Positions 44,621 through 54,034 are shown, counted from the first letter of the stretch. The stretch is 64,000 nt of DNA from a virus (IMGVR_UViG_3300015050_001523:96001-160000), one strand, 5' to 3'. The notes: generated by a model not told the origin, from the letters alone. Numbers and translations: made by a program.

Positions 44621-45586
44621 CTAACCGAGCACCGCTTCGATTTTCTCGACCGCGAACTTCACGCGATCGTTACCCTTCGCGTCGAAATGATTGCGCTCGT
44701 CGGACAAAACCCACAAAACATAATCAACCATCGATTTGTTAGCATGGATCTTCGAGGGATGCGGGATTCGCGCGATGTCGGCGCGAAGGTCGCGCATCAA
44801 CCGATTGAGCCGATCAAACGCGGTCTCGGCGCGCTCGGGATCCGGCGCAGCCTGGCCATCATGCGCACGGAGCGCTTCATCGGTCACGTTGAGGATCTCG
44901 CGGTAAATGCGCCCAAGCATGCCGGGGTTGTTGCAGTGGCGGTGATCGCGCCCTTCGGTCCAAGTGCCAAGGCGCCCAACGCGCTTCACAGTGTGACCCT
45001 TGCGCTGGTCGCGCGTCTTCGAGCTGACGCCGGGAGCGCAGATCCGAATCTGATCCGAGCCGAGCGGCCGAACGGCGCCGCCAACGCGCTTGCCGTTGGC
45101 GCTCTTGCCGCCAACAATCGAAGTGAAGACCGAGACCACGATCGGCATGCCGCGCGAGTCGCGCCCAACCTCACGAACCCAGATCTCCTCACCGGGAGTC
45201 AGCGGAGATCCCGCGGTCTCGCTGGCGAACGCGAACCCCGCAATGAGCAGAACATCGCGGATCGCGCCAGCGAGCATTTCGCGCGATTGCGTGCTATGCG
45301 GATCGTACTTGGTTTCCGCGGTGTACGCGGTATGCGGGGTTTGCGCCCACGTCTGCGACTCTCGCGCAGCATCGGCCGCGGCTTGCGCAGCCGCACGCAA
45401 ATCTTGCTCCGGGTTCTCAGCGCGCAGTTCCCGCGAAGCTTGCGCGAGGAGCGCATCGTAATCCAGACCATGCTCGGCGCAGATCTTGCACGCGTTAAGT
45501 CGCGCGTTAAGCGCTTCGGTCGAGCTAGTCGCGGGATGCGCAACGATCTTAAGGAGCTTTACCACTTTGGAGGAGAAGTTCGACAT
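44621..45586 (-). CDS. DUF2786-like N-terminal domain protein (321 aa, GC-rich)
   Basis: KVVKLLKIVAHPATSSTEALNARLNACKICAEHGLD resembles the DUF2786 KxxKLL..EAxxA..A..LMAKYGI helix pair. Confidence 0.6.
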   Translation of the reverse strand: MSNFSSKVVKLLKIVAHPATSSTEALNARLNACKICAEHGLDYDALLAQASRELRAENPEQDLRAAAQAAADAARESQTWAQTPHTAYTAETKYDPHSTQSREMLAGAIRDVLLIAGFAFASETAGSPLTPGEEIWVREVGRDSRGMPIVVSVFTSIVGGKSANGKRVGGAVRPLGSDQIRICAPGVSSKTRDQRKGHTVKRVGRLGTWTEGRDHRHCNNPGMLGRIYREILNVTDEALRAHDGQAAPDPERAETAFDRLNRLMRDLRADIARIPHPSKIHANKSMVDYVLWVLSDERNHFDAKGNDRVKFAVEKIEAVLG

Positions 45587-45649
45587 GGTAGCTTTGTCGC
45601 TTTCGGCACCGGTCAGCGGCGCATCGGGAAAAAATCAGGATCGATTTGA

Positions 45650-48600
45650 TTATGGTCCGAGATCAAGATTAAGCAAGCGATACGCAAAGAAAAAAATCCA
45701 CCTAATTAAATCAATCACTTACACTTGGCACCAATCTTGCCGATCAGAATTCCTAACATAAGCGATTTTTTAACTTTCTTTTAACTAATATTCCTATGGA
45801 TCGAATCTTGCAAAGGATCTTCCTTGGATCAGATCTTGCATAAAAAGCACGTTATTAATTAATAGCTCAGGCATATGCATAAAAGATGCCAGCGCAAGGT
45901 TTGCGCTCCAAAGCAAGCCAAAATCATTGAACATTTAAGGCATAGGGCTGGGACGTCGTATAAGGCTCATGGCGAGGCGATCGCCAAAACAAGGGAGAGG
46001 TTAGGGGTCACCCTTAAAAACCCGTCTCCGTCAATCCTCGCGCGTCGAGCCTAGAACCGCTGCTAGTCGCCGATCCAAGCCCGAAACCGCCAAAATCCCT
46101 TAAATCCGCAAGCCGCGCACAAGAAAAGATAAGGAAAGGTGAGCAAACCTCATGAAATGTAATTAAAGGTAAAGAGATGGAATCAATCATAAACAAACCT
46201 CCCACCATGTAAGTAAAGGTCATGACGTCTGGGATAATGTCATGACATATAAGTGAATTGGATCAAAGATAATAAAATATAACCAAACATAATGAAAGGT
46301 AGGCAAACATCGGGAAAGGTAATAAGAGGTAGCCTAAGATAATCCAAGGAAATGAAAGGTAGGCAAATGTCATGAGACTTGGGGAAACCTAAGAGAAGTA
46401 AACACGCGCCGCATAACCTATACAAAAAACTTATATTGAAGGGAAATAAAATCAAATATCCCTCATGTATGACACCATCCCAGCTTGTAAACCGTTGCAG
46501 CATTTACTGTAACAGCATTCATTGATTCAATAAACACTGAAACATCTTAACCGTCTCACTCGCAACCGTTACAGTAAACGCTGTCACAGTGTTCGCTGAA
46601 ACACTAATCAATGTCTCAATAAAAATGTTTCAGTAAACAATGACATAATAACATAACTAACCCTTATCCCATCCTTGCCTACATATAAGCTTTCCTCATG
46701 ACATTTCCTTACCCCTTTTTGTGAACTAGCTTACATATCGTTTCATGCGTTGCAACATCACTTGAAACACTCCGCGCATGATTCGCAAACATCGTTCCAG
46801 CATGGCTAAACATCATGCTAGACCCCCATATCCCTCAGGTTTGGCGTGAAACATGGGGGCAATGGTCCTATCGCCCCCCATCCTATCGCCTCGCAGAATC
46901 CATCCTGGCGCGCGACAGCCTATGAAGGTTTCTTGCCTACATATAAACTTTCCATAAACTAACTCTCCCATAATAAATCTAACCTTCCTATAACCAACTA
47001 TTTCCTAACTCTATACAAATTATATGCCATCAAATTCCTAACTTTCCTTAACCCTTTCATAATTCCTTCTATATCTTCCGTTCCTTCCTCTCCTATTACC
47101 ATTTAAAGCTAATAATAATCAGATAACCCATTTCCCTTATGGATCAATGGCCCAATTACCATTTCAAACATTCCTGCCATATCTAATATGTTTGTTTTGC
47201 TATATTTGGCCAAATAACTGCTTAAACTATTATAAATAGTAAAGCTTACTTTACTATCTCCTTAGTTTTTCAAAATATTGAATATTAATTATATCATTAT
47301 TTTTTGAATTGTTGGGATTGTCTAAAACGATAGCTATGTTCGATTAGGGAGCTTTTTGACATATTAGCCGCTATAAATAACGATCAGTTTCTTGCATATT
47401 TCATGCCAGTTAAAAGGCTACCATTCCTCAAAAACCTATTATGCCGAATCATTCATATTTAATGATCCTAACTCCACGAATTCAAACATTTCGCATTAAT
47501 TAATAACCCCTTATTTCATTATTTCCAGAATATCAAAGAAAGCTAGCAAAACAAAAGGATGGAAAAAGCTAACAAAAGCGATATTTCCAAGAAAGCTAAA
47601 ATGCCGAATCATTCATATTTAATGATCCTAGCTATTCGAATTCGAAGTTTTGATAGTTATGTTTGGATTGGTAGAAATATAAGGAAAGTTAGAAATGGGA
47701 GTTATTAATTAAGAAGGTAAAGGCATGCACAAGGCATGCCAACCACAAAAGTTAGGAATGATAGATTAGGAAGGAAAGTTAGGAAGGAAAGTTAGGAATG
47801 AGAGAAAGAGGAGGAGAACCCAGCCAAATCAAACCTCCTATTCCTACCTAACCTTATATCTCTTATGCTAGATATATGGGATATGTCTGGGTTGATAGGT
47901 TATGCTCGCCCATCCTTAATTAACAATCCTTCTCTATGCAATCCCTATGCCATGTCTCCATGTTCGATATGTTAGCTTTGTTCCAAAAGCTCTTAATTAA
48001 CAAATCCGATTCATGCAACCCTTATGCCAATAGCTTTGATACTAATGTTAGGAATGGGAGCCTTATATCCCTTCAGCTTTGTTAGGTTATGCTTTGGCAT
48101 GAAGTATGCAAGATGTTAGGTTTGGTAGGCTAACATTGTTCTAAATTTAGTTATAGGAATGGATGCTATGTTGGGATTGTTAGGATTGATAGGTAAATTT
48201 TAAATAGCTTTGGCAGCTTTGATGCTTTCGCGCCAAGGCCGCCATGTTCGGTTTGTTATTAATGTTTGATATGGGAGGATTGGGTATATTAGTTTTCTTC
48301 GATATGTTAGCTTCGCCGGGTTTGCGCTCGGGCCGCATAGCTCCTATTCCTCCCGGTAGGATACCCGCCTACATCACCCCCCTTTAGACCCCCCCTGTTT
48401 ACCCCCCCTTACACCCCCCTACCATGCGTCACTAATCGCCCCCTTATGGACCTGCTCTAAGAGCCCTCGCAAAAATTTTCTAAATTTTTAACATTTTTAA
48501 ATGATTACATTTTTCCGAAAATGTAATCAAAAAATATTTGATATATGGGTCGAAAAAATTTTTGGGGAAAATTTTTGAAAATTAGGAATTTATAGATGTT
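45650..48600. other. ~3-kb non-coding repeat-rich region (candidate terminus, terminal-repeat junction or origin)
   Basis: No credible ORF; repeated AAAGGTAGGCAAA, GGAAAGTTAGGAA, TTGCCTACATATAA, a 30-bp direct repeat at 47441/47601, degenerate TTAATTAA..ATGCA..ATGCCA sites, alternating purine/pyrimidine skew. Confidence 0.75.
48377..48419 (-). other. Four-tract G-quadruplex motif (C6-N6-C7-N6-C7-N5-C6 on plus)
   Basis: C-runs at 48377-82, 48389-95, 48402-08 and 48414-19. Confidence 0.7.
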
Positions 48601-48629
48601 TATGTTTATGTTTTATATTTATAGTTTAT

Positions 48630-49316
48630 ATGAGACTGTTAGAGAATGTTTACAGGGCAATATTGAGGGAGGCGCGCGCACAATCGCAAGAATTTGAAAA
48701 CGGAGCGATTGAGTGGACTCTTCCGAGCGGAGTGCTGCACAATGAAAACGGCCCAGCCATTGAACAGGGAGATGGTAGCAAATATTGGTACATTGATGGA
48801 GATCGTCACCGAGATGGAAATCTTCCTGCCATTGAAATGGCAAATGGAGACAAGGAATGGTGGGTTGAAGGGAAGCGTCACAGAGACGGAGGTCTTCCTG
48901 CTGTTGAAAAGGCAAACGGAGATAGAGAATATTGGTTCAATGGAAAGCGTCACAATGAAGACGGACCAGCCATTGTTTCAGGAAAGAATTCTAGTTTTTG
49001 GATAAACGGGAAACGCATTGAAACGATTGATGAATTTTTAAAACAAGCATATTTTTTTGGAATTTATATACCTATTGAGGGGCCATTTCGAGGCAATCGA
49101 GATTTAAATCGGGAAGTATTTTCAAAATACGACGAGTCTTTTGAAGTTATTTCAGATTTATTGATGGCTCGTGGATTTTCGGAAGAGAAGGTAGATAACA
49201 TGATGTCAGGAACCTTGCTTCCTGACGGAGAATATTATATTCTTATTCCGCAAGAGGTAAGTGACATTGTATCAAGAATTTTGGAACGCGATAATATTTC
49301 TTATTATCATTCTTAG
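48630..49316 (+). CDS. HREDGPA-repeat protein with distinct N-terminal leader and C-terminal domain
   Basis: Four HNENGPA/HRDGNLPA repeats; MRLLENVYRAILREA start. Confidence 0.8.
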   Translation: MRLLENVYRAILREARAQSQEFENGAIEWTLPSGVLHNENGPAIEQGDGSKYWYIDGDRHRDGNLPAIEMANGDKEWWVEGKRHRDGGLPAVEKANGDREYWFNGKRHNEDGPAIVSGKNSSFWINGKRIETIDEFLKQAYFFGIYIPIEGPFRGNRDLNREVFSKYDESFEVISDLLMARGFSEEKVDNMMSGTLLPDGEYYILIPQEVSDIVSRILERDNISYYHS

Positions 49317-49825
49317 GTCAAATGCCAATGGAGTCTTCGTGCTTCATCTTCGATATCCTTGGCGCCCCAGCCGGCCTTAATTGGGTCGAGAACAGGTTGC
49401 CCGAATATGGCTCGTTTAGAATTGATGTATTCTAGCTGCTGCCGAACAAGTTCGGGACAACTTGTTTCATCTTTCTTCTCAAAAGATTTGATAGAGACCC
49501 AGGTATCCAGCCACTCATGACCGATTGCCAGAATCTCGGGTTCAAACCCTGTTTCCGATCCTCTTGAAAGGATGAGTCGGCATTTGGAAAGTCCGCCCAA
49601 GGCAAGAACCAAGGCGGCTGAAATATCGCCCAGCATGGATGGGATTGTAGATATAATATATGGAGGTTTAAGATTGCCTTCTACACAAAGGAGCAGGAGC
49701 AGATTTTGCGACCCGAGCTTTAAAACGAGTTTTCGAAGCTCTGCTGAAACTACGCTACCTTCTGGCATATTTTTAATGGATTGGGTTACGATCTTCATTT
49801 GGATTTCCTGGGAGAAGGATGACAC
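49313..49825 (-). CDS. Hypothetical protein
   Basis: ORF convergent with 48630..49316. Confidence 0.65.
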   Translation of the reverse strand: MSSFSQEIQMKIVTQSIKNMPEGSVVSAELRKLVLKLGSQNLLLLLCVEGNLKPPYIISTIPSMLGDISAALVLALGGLSKCRLILSRGSETGFEPEILAIGHEWLDTWVSIKSFEKKDETSCPELVRQQLEYINSKRAIFGQPVLDPIKAGWGAKDIEDEARRLHWHLT

Positions 49826-49872
49826 AAGGAAGAAGAAAAGTCAAGGGACCGATTTAAGCTTTAAACCCCCGT

Positions 49873-50139
49873 TTATTTCTGGATTGTTATTTCCCAATCA
49901 CCCAACGAGCCAATGATCGCGGGTAGGTCCGAAGGAGACATAGCTCCAGCTGTCAGCATATGATCTAGCATATGGCCGACGATCTCGCATAGGCGATTGT
50001 GTTTAGCGGCCAATAAATTTGCGGGGTTGCATACCTCGTTTTCACAGGCTCGCTCGACTAAATCGACAGCGGAGGTTTCTCGTGGAGCTGCTAATCGCGG
50101 GTTGAACTTATGACGGATCCATATCGTGTTATCGGTCAT
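49873..50139 (-). CDS. Hypothetical protein
   Basis: ORF in chain. Confidence 0.6.
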   Translation of the reverse strand: MTDNTIWIRHKFNPRLAAPRETSAVDLVERACENEVCNPANLLAAKHNRLCEIVGHMLDHMLTAGAMSPSDLPAIIGSLGDWEITIQK

Positions 50140-50693
50140 TGGCCATTCTCCTGAGAAAAGTTTTCCTTTGTTCTTAATTTATACATAACATCAGTTCTTA
50201 AGACATATTTTACACCAGAAATAACAGGAAGCCCTTCATGCATTAGGTGATGAAGAAACAGAGTAGCTTGGCCGATTTTTGGAGAGATTGTTTCCATTCC
50301 AAGGAATTCGGTTTCGCCGCCTTCATAATCTTCATTTAGATATATTAGAAAAGTTTGGAAGCTTTTTTCTTTTTCATTTCTTATAAAGGAAGCATCTGTA
50401 TGCAATGCAAAGCTTTGCTCTGGTTTATAGCGATAAACTTTAAATCTTTCATTTAGGCCGGCTGGTTGCCATTCTAGATCGCTGTATATTAATTGTGATT
50501 TTATTTTATCAAATAAACTTTGAGCTAGATCAGGATCATCAAAAATATAACGATCATTATTTCTATAGCTTGTATCTATTTTGTTTCCGTTTGGTGTTGT
50601 AATTGAAGCTTGTTCCATGCCAGACTTTTCTGCCAAGTCAATAAAGTGCTGACATTCTTCGGGGGTTAATAAGTTTTCTATAATTGTTCTCAT
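50136..50693 (-). CDS. 2OG-Fe(II) oxygenase (prolyl-4-hydroxylase-like)
   Basis: RFKVYRY..FALHTD..TFLIYLNEDYEGGET..HEG..V.SGVKYVLRTD. Confidence 0.9.
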   Translation of the reverse strand: MRTIIENLLTPEECQHFIDLAEKSGMEQASITTPNGNKIDTSYRNNDRYIFDDPDLAQSLFDKIKSQLIYSDLEWQPAGLNERFKVYRYKPEQSFALHTDASFIRNEKEKSFQTFLIYLNEDYEGGETEFLGMETISPKIGQATLFLHHLMHEGLPVISGVKYVLRTDVMYKLRTKENFSQENGQ

Positions 50694-50705
50694 ATATTTC
50701 TCATT

Positions 50706-51425
50706 TTAGCAGCCCCATGGATGTGTAAATATAACGCTAAATTTGCCCATAAGATTTGGTTTTCCTGTTTTTGGATCGGTTCCGGTAAACCCTTTTCCTT
50801 CAGGAATTTCGCAACCATAAACTCCTGGCTCGCAGCTATTTCTTTCAATTTGGTTGGCGGCTGCTCGTAAAAGATCTGCCAAACGTTTATTTGCTACTTC
50901 GAATGAGCCTGCGGCTCGAACCATTGTCATATAGATTTCGTGAGGATCTGTTTTATTGATATGTTCTTCGGTTTTGTTTTCTTTGTTTTCTTCCATATTG
51001 GTGTTTTCCGTCTCTTCTTGAATTTTCTCATTTAAAATTGCTTCATGAATTGCTGCGACCCATTTCTTATAGAAATTCATAATCTCTTCAAATTTAGAAT
51101 GATTTGGATTGAGGATATCTTTCCCATAAAAATGCCCATAAAAATGAGTAATTTCGTGAGAGACAGATCTATTCCTTATATTATATTCTTTAGCCGCCAT
51201 TTCTCGTAGCGGCATGTTTGCATCGATATTTGCTTGCGCCAAACGAATCCTCATAACAAGCAAGACATATAACATGCTCTCCATCGCCTCCAAAGAAAGG
51301 GCATGCATTGATGGCCTCTTTAGAATGTCCTGAATATAATTATCAATAAATTCTTCGTTCGAATATATCTTATTGAATTTTTCTATTGTTAGATTTGTTT
51401 CATTATCAATAAATGTGTTTTTCAT
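50706..51425 (-). CDS. Hypothetical protein
   Basis: 239-aa ORF in chain. Confidence 0.65.
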   Translation of the reverse strand: MKNTFIDNETNLTIEKFNKIYSNEEFIDNYIQDILKRPSMHALSLEAMESMLYVLLVMRIRLAQANIDANMPLREMAAKEYNIRNRSVSHEITHFYGHFYGKDILNPNHSKFEEIMNFYKKWVAAIHEAILNEKIQEETENTNMEENKENKTEEHINKTDPHEIYMTMVRAAGSFEVANKRLADLLRAAANQIERNSCEPGVYGCEIPEGKGFTGTDPKTGKPNLMGKFSVIFTHPWGC

Positions 51426-51437
51426 AAAATAATTCCT

Positions 51438-51938
51438 CTAAGAAGATTTTTTTTGAGCGGCTTCGAGGGCAGCTACAAGAGCTTCAGATTTGGTTGATCC
51501 TTTTGCTAATAGAGGGAGATCCATGCCCCATACCAACCACTCTATTGGTTCGCCATAGTTTGGACAAACCGTTTCGCAGCGACGGCCCCATTCGACCTTG
51601 ATATGGCGCCCTAACGCCTTTTGAATAAGCTCAAGAAAGCATCCAATTGTGGCGGGGTCCTCTAGATCAGGTACCAAATTTTCTTTTAGCCACCACATAA
51701 TCGACCTTGAAAAGTCCATCATTCTTGGTTGCAAATCACAAACAATTACAGAATTGCTGGCTGGGTTTGGAGTTTCAACAATCGTTACATACACTTCGCG
51801 CTGAGTATCAAAAGCTCTCATTCCTTGGATTAGTGAAAAGTCTGCACATGCAACAGCGCGCTTGGCCAAATCAAGATTTATTATATTTGTTTGTTTTATA
51901 TCTTTCATAAAGATTTCTTTATTTTGATCGATTACCAT
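51438..51938 (-). CDS. Hypothetical protein
   Basis: DLEDPATIGCFLELI..ALVAALEAA motif. Confidence 0.65.
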   Translation of the reverse strand: MVIDQNKEIFMKDIKQTNIINLDLAKRAVACADFSLIQGMRAFDTQREVYVTIVETPNPASNSVIVCDLQPRMMDFSRSIMWWLKENLVPDLEDPATIGCFLELIQKALGRHIKVEWGRRCETVCPNYGEPIEWLVWGMDLPLLAKGSTKSEALVAALEAAQKKSS

Positions 51939-51947
51939 ATTACAATA

Positions 51948-52412
51948 ATGGAATCAACCATGGAAAAGGATAGGATATTTAATGAAGCGCGCGAGAAGGC
52001 CAAGGAGCACGGAATAGAATTTAAAATTAAGATTGAAGAGATGCCGGAATTGCCTGAGTATTGTCCGGTTCTTGGAATAAAGATAAACGAGAGCGAAGTT
52101 GATCGTCGCGCAACATTGGATAGGATTGATCAAGAATTGGAATATGTTCTTGGAAATGTTAAAGTTATTTCCGCGCGCGCTTCGCGCTTGCGTTCTGATG
52201 GAACGGCTGAAGAGTTTCAGCGGATAATAAATTATATGAGGGGAATATCGAATAAGAAGAACAAATTATTGGATGAAGAGGTTCTTGAGATTCGGAGATT
52301 ATTGAAAAAGGGAATGAGTCAAAGAAAGTTGGCTCATAAATACAACGTTTCCCAGGCAGTAATTGGAAAGATAAATCGAGAAGAGATTTGGAAGAACATC
52401 ATTTCAGAATAG
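51948..52412 (+). CDS. HNH/EndoVII-like endonuclease with C-terminal HTH, possibly degenerate
   Basis: CPVLG..ATLDRIDQELEYVLGNVKVISARASRL; VLEIRRLLKKGMSQRKLAHKYNVSQAVIGKI. Confidence 0.7.
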   Translation: MESTMEKDRIFNEAREKAKEHGIEFKIKIEEMPELPEYCPVLGIKINESEVDRRATLDRIDQELEYVLGNVKVISARASRLRSDGTAEEFQRIINYMRGISNKKNKLLDEEVLEIRRLLKKGMSQRKLAHKYNVSQAVIGKINREEIWKNIISE

Positions 52413-52469
52413 CCTGGAAGGTCGTATAAAGAAATGATTGATTTGCTATAACGCGAGAAATAATTCATA

Positions 52470-52762
52470 TTATTGATCATGAACATTTTGATAATCTTTC
52501 GTTATTTTAATAAATTCTTTTTCAGAAAGCTGTTTTCCATCGATCCACCATTGAGGAAAGGCACTATGTTCTAAAGCTGGTCCATCAATTCTATGTTTCT
52601 TATTATTTACAGCCCATATTTTTATATCATATGTTTCATATGCTGGGCCGTTTTCTCGATGCCATTCTCCATTTAGACGACACGGCCGCCATATACAGGA
52701 CCACTATAAATAACTCCATTGTTAATAATTGAGTTATTAACTTGCCAATTTATATTCGTCAT
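52470..52762 (-). pseudogene. Frameshifted HREDGPA-repeat paralog
   Basis: MTNINWQ..GGRVV-stop in one frame; LNGEWHRENGPA..HRIDGPA..WWIDGKQLSEKEF in the -1 frame with no own start. Confidence 0.65.
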
Positions 52763-53115
52763 AGATTTGTTACAAACCAAACAACTAATCCGATTGCTGC
52801 AAGAATAAGTGACCATTTCATTACAAACATTCCGATGATTATTGAACGAACGACCCATGTTTTTGGAACAAAGTCTTCTAGAACGTTGATAAGCTTACAT
52901 GCTCGTTCAGAATTCCCTGCCTTACAGAGTTTGCTGACATGTTTTGCAAATCGCGGTGCGTCGGTTAGTCCTGGAATTAGATCGGCCAGGGCTTCAACTT
53001 TTGTTTCAATTTCGGAGAATTCAAGTTCTTTATCAAGGGCGATCTTAACCATCTCAGATTTTAGGTCTCGACAATCGAACATGAACCATGTTTTTTTTGA
53101 TTTTATATTTGTCAT
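52759..53115 (-). CDS. Hypothetical protein with C-terminal TM segment
   Basis: ORF in chain. Confidence 0.6.
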   Translation of the reverse strand: MTNIKSKKTWFMFDCRDLKSEMVKIALDKELEFSEIETKVEALADLIPGLTDAPRFAKHVSKLCKAGNSERACKLINVLEDFVPKTWVVRSIIIGMFVMKWSLILAAIGLVVWFVTNL

Positions 53116-53130
53116 TTGAATCTCATTTTA

Positions 53131-53562
53131 TTATTGTAAATGTCTAAATTTTTTGTCAATAGATTTATTTTCTGGTGTTTCATTTGATAAATTGAATTCC
53201 TTCAATTCTTTTTTAGAAAGGGCTTCTATTTTATATGAAGACTTTGCAGGGACTATAATCCATTTTCCATCAGAATCTTTTTTTCTGATTCCATTTTTAT
53301 CGCATTCATAGCTTTGCGAAAAGTTTTTTGATTTTAAATAATTTGGATGGCCATACATTCGAATATAAGTTTTTGAACTTTGAATATATTGCTTTATAAA
53401 ATCTTCTTCTTTTACATCGTCAGAATATGTTACTGAATGCCAAATTTTATTTTGGCCAATTTCAAACTTAATAAGAAACTTCTTTTTGCTAAGTTTTCTA
53501 ATTATATGATCAATGCTCAATTTGTTTTTGCAAATATCTTTTAATTGGCGAGAAATATTCAT
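53131..53562 (-). CDS. Hypothetical basic protein
   Basis: ORF in chain. Confidence 0.6.
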   Translation of the reverse strand: MNISRQLKDICKNKLSIDHIIRKLSKKKFLIKFEIGQNKIWHSVTYSDDVKEEDFIKQYIQSSKTYIRMYGHPNYLKSKNFSQSYECDKNGIRKKDSDGKWIIVPAKSSYKIEALSKKELKEFNLSNETPENKSIDKKFRHLQ

Positions 53563-53776
53563 TTAAATATTTTGAGCCGCCAGCACTTCCCAGACCTTTC
53601 ATTGAAATGTTTTTGTCGGCATCTGATTCAATAAAATAACCTTCTTCATCTTCTACAGAAACAATTTTACATTTCTTTCTTTCATTCCTTGGAATGGCTC
53701 TCATTTTGTCTTTGGATCTTGAGCTTCCACCAAGTCTTGGCCTTAGACAAAGAAGCTTATGCATATCTTTTCTCAT
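53510..53776 (-). CDS. Hypothetical protein
   Basis: Downstream of TTGACA-N17-TATGAT (about 53795-53823). Confidence 0.6.
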   Translation of the reverse strand: MRKDMHKLLCLRPRLGGSSRSKDKMRAIPRNERKKCKIVSVEDEEGYFIESDADKNISMKGLGSAGGSKYLNEYFSPIKRYLQKQIEH

Positions 53777-53821
53777 ATAGTCTTATCTCAAGCGATATCA
53801 TAGCAAGAACTTATTCCATTG

Positions 53822-54034
53822 TCAAGCTTTTAGCCTTGATATCATATCTTTGAACATTCTTGCTTTTTGGCATTTTTCGCACATAAGAACGGTATATAAT
53901 TTTCCTGTTATTTTAGATTTAAGTTTCCACAAATCTGTAGAAAGTGCTGGTCCATTGCAATCCTCACAACGTGGTTTATTTTGCTTTATTTTATTAAAAC
54001 AATAATTTGAAATGATAGAATTTAGATTACTCAT
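53822..54034 (-). CDS. Zn-ribbon hypothetical protein
   Basis: CEDC..CEKC. Confidence 0.6.
   Translation of the reverse strand: MSNLNSIISNYCFNKIKQNKPRCEDCNGPALSTDLWKLKSKITGKLYTVLMCEKCQKARMFKDMISRLKA

Larger units (their letters stand above)
28390..45910. repeat. Array of dispersed ~140-bp terminator-palindrome-hairpin-promoter elements separating 1-2-gene cassettes
   Basis: About 23 copies of the TTATTAATTAA(TAA) core with shared flanks, in both orientations, near 28.49, 31.19, 32.58, 32.85, 34.00, 34.40, 35.16, 36.09, 36.43, 37.82, 38.35, 39.00, 40.23, 40.76, 41.11, 41.60, 42.12, 42.74, 43.11, 43.65, 43.93, 44.50 and 45.85 kb. Confidence 0.95.

Noticed and set aside
44588-45649. 353-aa plus-strand ORF
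   Set aside because: Antisense shadow of the GC-rich DUF2786-like gene; the same applies to 29313..30125, 30657..31127 and similar overlapping ORFs.
28390-45910. Dispersed elements as CRISPR repeats or classical integron attC sites
   Set aside because: Spacing is gene-sized, orientations are mixed, each element contains a promoter and terminator, and no attC RYYYAAC/GTTRRRY boxes or IntI gene are seen.
47231-48623. T4-type late promoters TATAAATA at 47231, 47372 and 48616 (minus)
   Set aside because: An all-A/T octamer is expected by chance at about this frequency in AT-rich DNA, and no gene follows appropriately.
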